Of a stretch of 44,391 bases of DNA, positions 42,646-44,391 are shown one piece after another. Where the stretch lies: the sequence record NC_073317.1, one strand, 5' to 3'. The number at the start of each line of letters is the position of its first letter. Positions within the stretch are counted from its first letter, which is position 1. The translations under genes and the position numbers were made by a program. The DNA comes from Escherichia phage vB_EcoS_fPoEco01. The notes below the pieces were generated by a model. That model was not told the origin of the DNA. It saw only the letters and a program-made list of their open reading frames with translations, and ran no database searches.

Positions 42646-42826
42646 CCGTGAATATGAGAAAGCGTGTGTAGAAGCGGCGCTCCGCCCCACCGACAACGGC
42701 GAATCGGAGATTGCTTGCCTGGACACTATGATTCAGTACTACGCAAATAAGGTTGACCGCCTGATGGAGCAACGCCGTGAACTGATTAACCGCTTCAACC
42801 TGAACAAAGGTGACACCAATGCCTAA
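42638..42826 (+). CDS. hypothetical protein
   Basis: 62 aa; start overlaps upstream stop. Confidence 0.4.
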   Translation: MTDREYEKACVEAALRPTDNGESEIACLDTMIQYYANKVDRLMEQRRELINRFNLNKGDTNA

Positions 42827-43058
42827 AATCACAATTGCATCGCTCGAGCGTCGTATCCTGGTGCTCGAGTCGGAGAAACAGACGTTAGGCGGGCAACTGT
42901 CTATCAATGGTGAGTTTCAACTGGAGGCGTTTAAGTTGCTTCTTGATAAGTTGAGGGCGGACGAAAAGCCTTGTGCGCATGACTACTACTTACATGTGGT
43001 TGGCGGGTTACATCGAGCCACGTGCATTAAATGTGGTGAAGCGTATGGAGTCGCCTAA
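42819..43058 (+). CDS. hypothetical protein with C-terminal Cys/His pairs
   Basis: ATG 42819 with SD AAAGGTGA; ends CAHDYYLH...CIKCGEAYG. Confidence 0.4.
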   Translation: MPKITIASLERRILVLESEKQTLGGQLSINGEFQLEAFKLLLDKLRADEKPCAHDYYLHVVGGLHRATCIKCGEAYGVA

Positions 43059-43227
43059 GCCAGTAGTAATTGATGGTGTCCTGTGGAAACCCTACTCGGT
43101 TAACCACATCGACGCCGACGGGAAGAAGTTTAGCTTCTACATTTTTGCAATTAGCCGTGAGCACGCCGCTTGTGTGGTCGATGATATACGAGAAACGGCG
43201 TGGCTTGGCGATGAGGTAGTGGGGTGA
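43045..43227 (+). CDS. hypothetical protein
   Basis: ATG 43045 preferred over track upstream start. Confidence 0.35.
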   Translation: MESPKPVVIDGVLWKPYSVNHIDADGKKFSFYIFAISREHAACVVDDIRETAWLGDEVVG

Positions 43228-43229
43228 TT

Positions 43230-43400
43230 ATGTTCAGTGACATCAACGCAGCAATCGAAGAAGCAATATGGCGGCGCTATAACGGCGAGCAACAGCGGCA
43301 CTTTTGCCTCGTGCAACGCGGTAACATGATTGCCGTAGTGCAGGACCGGGATAACAAATATCCGAATGCGATGTGGTCAACGAGGAATTTCTTAGGATGA
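43230..43400 (+). CDS. small hypothetical protein (56 aa)
   Basis: ATG to TGA ORF; stop overlaps the next start; not in track. Confidence 0.3.
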   Translation: MFSDINAAIEEAIWRRYNGEQQRHFCLVQRGNMIAVVQDRDNKYPNAMWSTRNFLG

Positions 43401-43639
43401 TTACCAGCATTCCTAACCTGATTAAAGAATTCGGCACGATGGCGGAGACATGCCGACAAACTGGCCTCAACGAAATGACGATTGCTAAGTACAGCAAAGA
43501 CGTGAAATGTGAGCGCCACGTAATCTATAACAACCGTCTAATGACGCACGTTAAGACAAGCCCGGTATTATTCACGCGCCGCGGTATCACTAAAACCGAG
43601 CAACGTATTGCTAAAGAGGAGAACGAATGCGGCTACTAA
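43397..43639 (+). CDS. hypothetical protein (possible HTH)
   Basis: About 80 aa from ATG 43397. Confidence 0.35.
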   Translation: MITSIPNLIKEFGTMAETCRQTGLNEMTIAKYSKDVKCERHVIYNNRLMTHVKTSPVLFTRRGITKTEQRIAKEENECGY

Positions 43640-43732
43640 TCATCCCTAACGTCTGGGCTATCGCTGTAGCTAACAACCATTACGGCGGCGATGGTAAAAG
43701 AGCACCACGACACGGCCTGTATAACTGATACA

Positions 43733-43754
43733 AGCCCTCTACGGAGGGCTTTTC
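43733..43754 (+). terminator. rho-independent terminator
   Basis: AGCCCTC-tacg-GAGGGCT followed by TTTT. Confidence 0.5.
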
Positions 43755-43849
43755 TGTACATCCCGCCCAATCCCCTTATATAATCCCTTTAGACGCGTAG
43801 GGCGCGTCTGGTGCGCTCTGATGGTCAGACGCATATGCAAGGGGATTAT

Positions 43850-44391
43850 ATGAAGCTGAAACTCAAGCAGCCATCGCCAGAGGTGGTGCAAGCTGCACAT
43901 GAAGAAGCTGTTAGCGCAAACCGTCGCCGTAAACGACCGCGCGGTAAACAGAGCCTTTATCAATCGTCCCGTAATTCTGCGGCATTGTGGGACCCGGACT
44001 ATTGCGACGAGTTAATCCGGTTCTTTGACCGCAACTCATGGGAACTCGTACCTACGTCCAAGGGTGACGAACGCCCGCTGATTCAGGATAAACCCCCGTC
44101 ACTGGCCCGCTTCGCCTTACACATCGGCGTAACTATCCCTATTATTAAGCTGTGGTTGCGTGAGATTCCGGCGTTTGCAGAAGCCTATGAAACCGCTCAG
44201 GCGCTGGAAGAGGCGTATTTCACTGAGACAGGCGCTGCCGGTATCTCCGCTACGTTTGCTGCGGCTAAGCTGGGCTTAAGCAAAGAGAAACCTGTTGAAT
44301 CCTCCGAAGAAACTGCGCCGACTGAGATTGTGTTCACCGTAGCGGAGCCGGTAGGTAAAATCGTTACCACGAACATGGGTGAGGTAGGGGA
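43850..44391 (+). CDS. terS: terminase small subunit (3'-truncated by window edge)
   Basis: Open from ATG 43850 (SD AAGGGGA) to the last base of the window with no stop; LWDPDYCDELIRFF...PPSLARFALHIGVTIPIIKLWLREIPAFAEAYETAQ resembles the HTH region of P27/Terminase_2-type small subunits; absent from track because it has no stop in the window. Confidence 0.6.
   Translation, partial: MKLKLKQPSPEVVQAAHEEAVSANRRRKRPRGKQSLYQSSRNSAALWDPDYCDELIRFFDRNSWELVPTSKGDERPLIQDKPPSLARFALHIGVTIPIIKLWLREIPAFAEAYETAQALEEAYFTETGAAGISATFAAAKLGLSKEKPVESSEETAPTEIVFTVAEPVGKIVTTNMGEVG

Noticed and set aside
1-44391. Lysogeny module (integrase, CI-type repressor with peptidase domain, att site) and tRNA genes
   Set aside because: None recognised on either strand by eye; the Cro-like HTH alone is insufficient to call a temperate lifestyle. 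A tRNA scan (tRNAscan-SE/ARAGORN) would be needed to exclude tRNAs formally.

Overview
The window reads as a complete or near-complete ~44.4 kb siphovirus-type dsDNA phage genome with enterobacterial-style sigma70 promoters and Shine-Dalgarno sites, linearised at the start of the terminase large subunit. All calls come from reading the sequence and the supplied ORF track; no database search was run, so family names are motif-based, and coordinates of features outside the track are anchored to neighbouring track ORFs and may be off by a few bases. Left arm (1-24.5 kb, + strand): terL, portal, Mu-F-like head morphogenesis protein, scaffold, major capsid, Ig-like proteins, connectors, major tail protein, G/GT chaperones, tape measure, tail-tip proteins and a tailspike with a C-terminal S74 chaperone domain. 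This arm is interrupted by two HNH-like homing endonuclease paralogs, a nested Rz/Rz1 spanin pair and two minus-strand moron units, one carrying an Imm-like superinfection immunity gene plus an HTH-metallophosphoesterase fusion. Middle (24.6-37.0 kb, - strand): replication module (SNF2 helicase, VRR-NUC, family A DNA polymerase, DUF2815-like and DUF2800-like proteins, primase-helicase) with a Cro-like HTH gene on the + strand. Right arm (37.4-44.4 kb, + strand): many small early genes, a holin-endolysin cassette and a terS that runs off the window. The four most notable observations: (1) the DNA polymerase is interrupted in motif B by a 299-codon intein that carries an HNH endonuclease ORF in a different reading frame with its own SD; (2) two ~115-nt promoter-proximal structured RNA elements (5.7 kb and 37.1 kb) that differ by compensatory base changes; (3) seven promoters in two classes that all embed an AATAG-N4-CTATT palindrome; (4) a perfect 7 x 10-bp tandem repeat inside an early ORF. 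No integrase, tRNA or CRISPR array was recognised.
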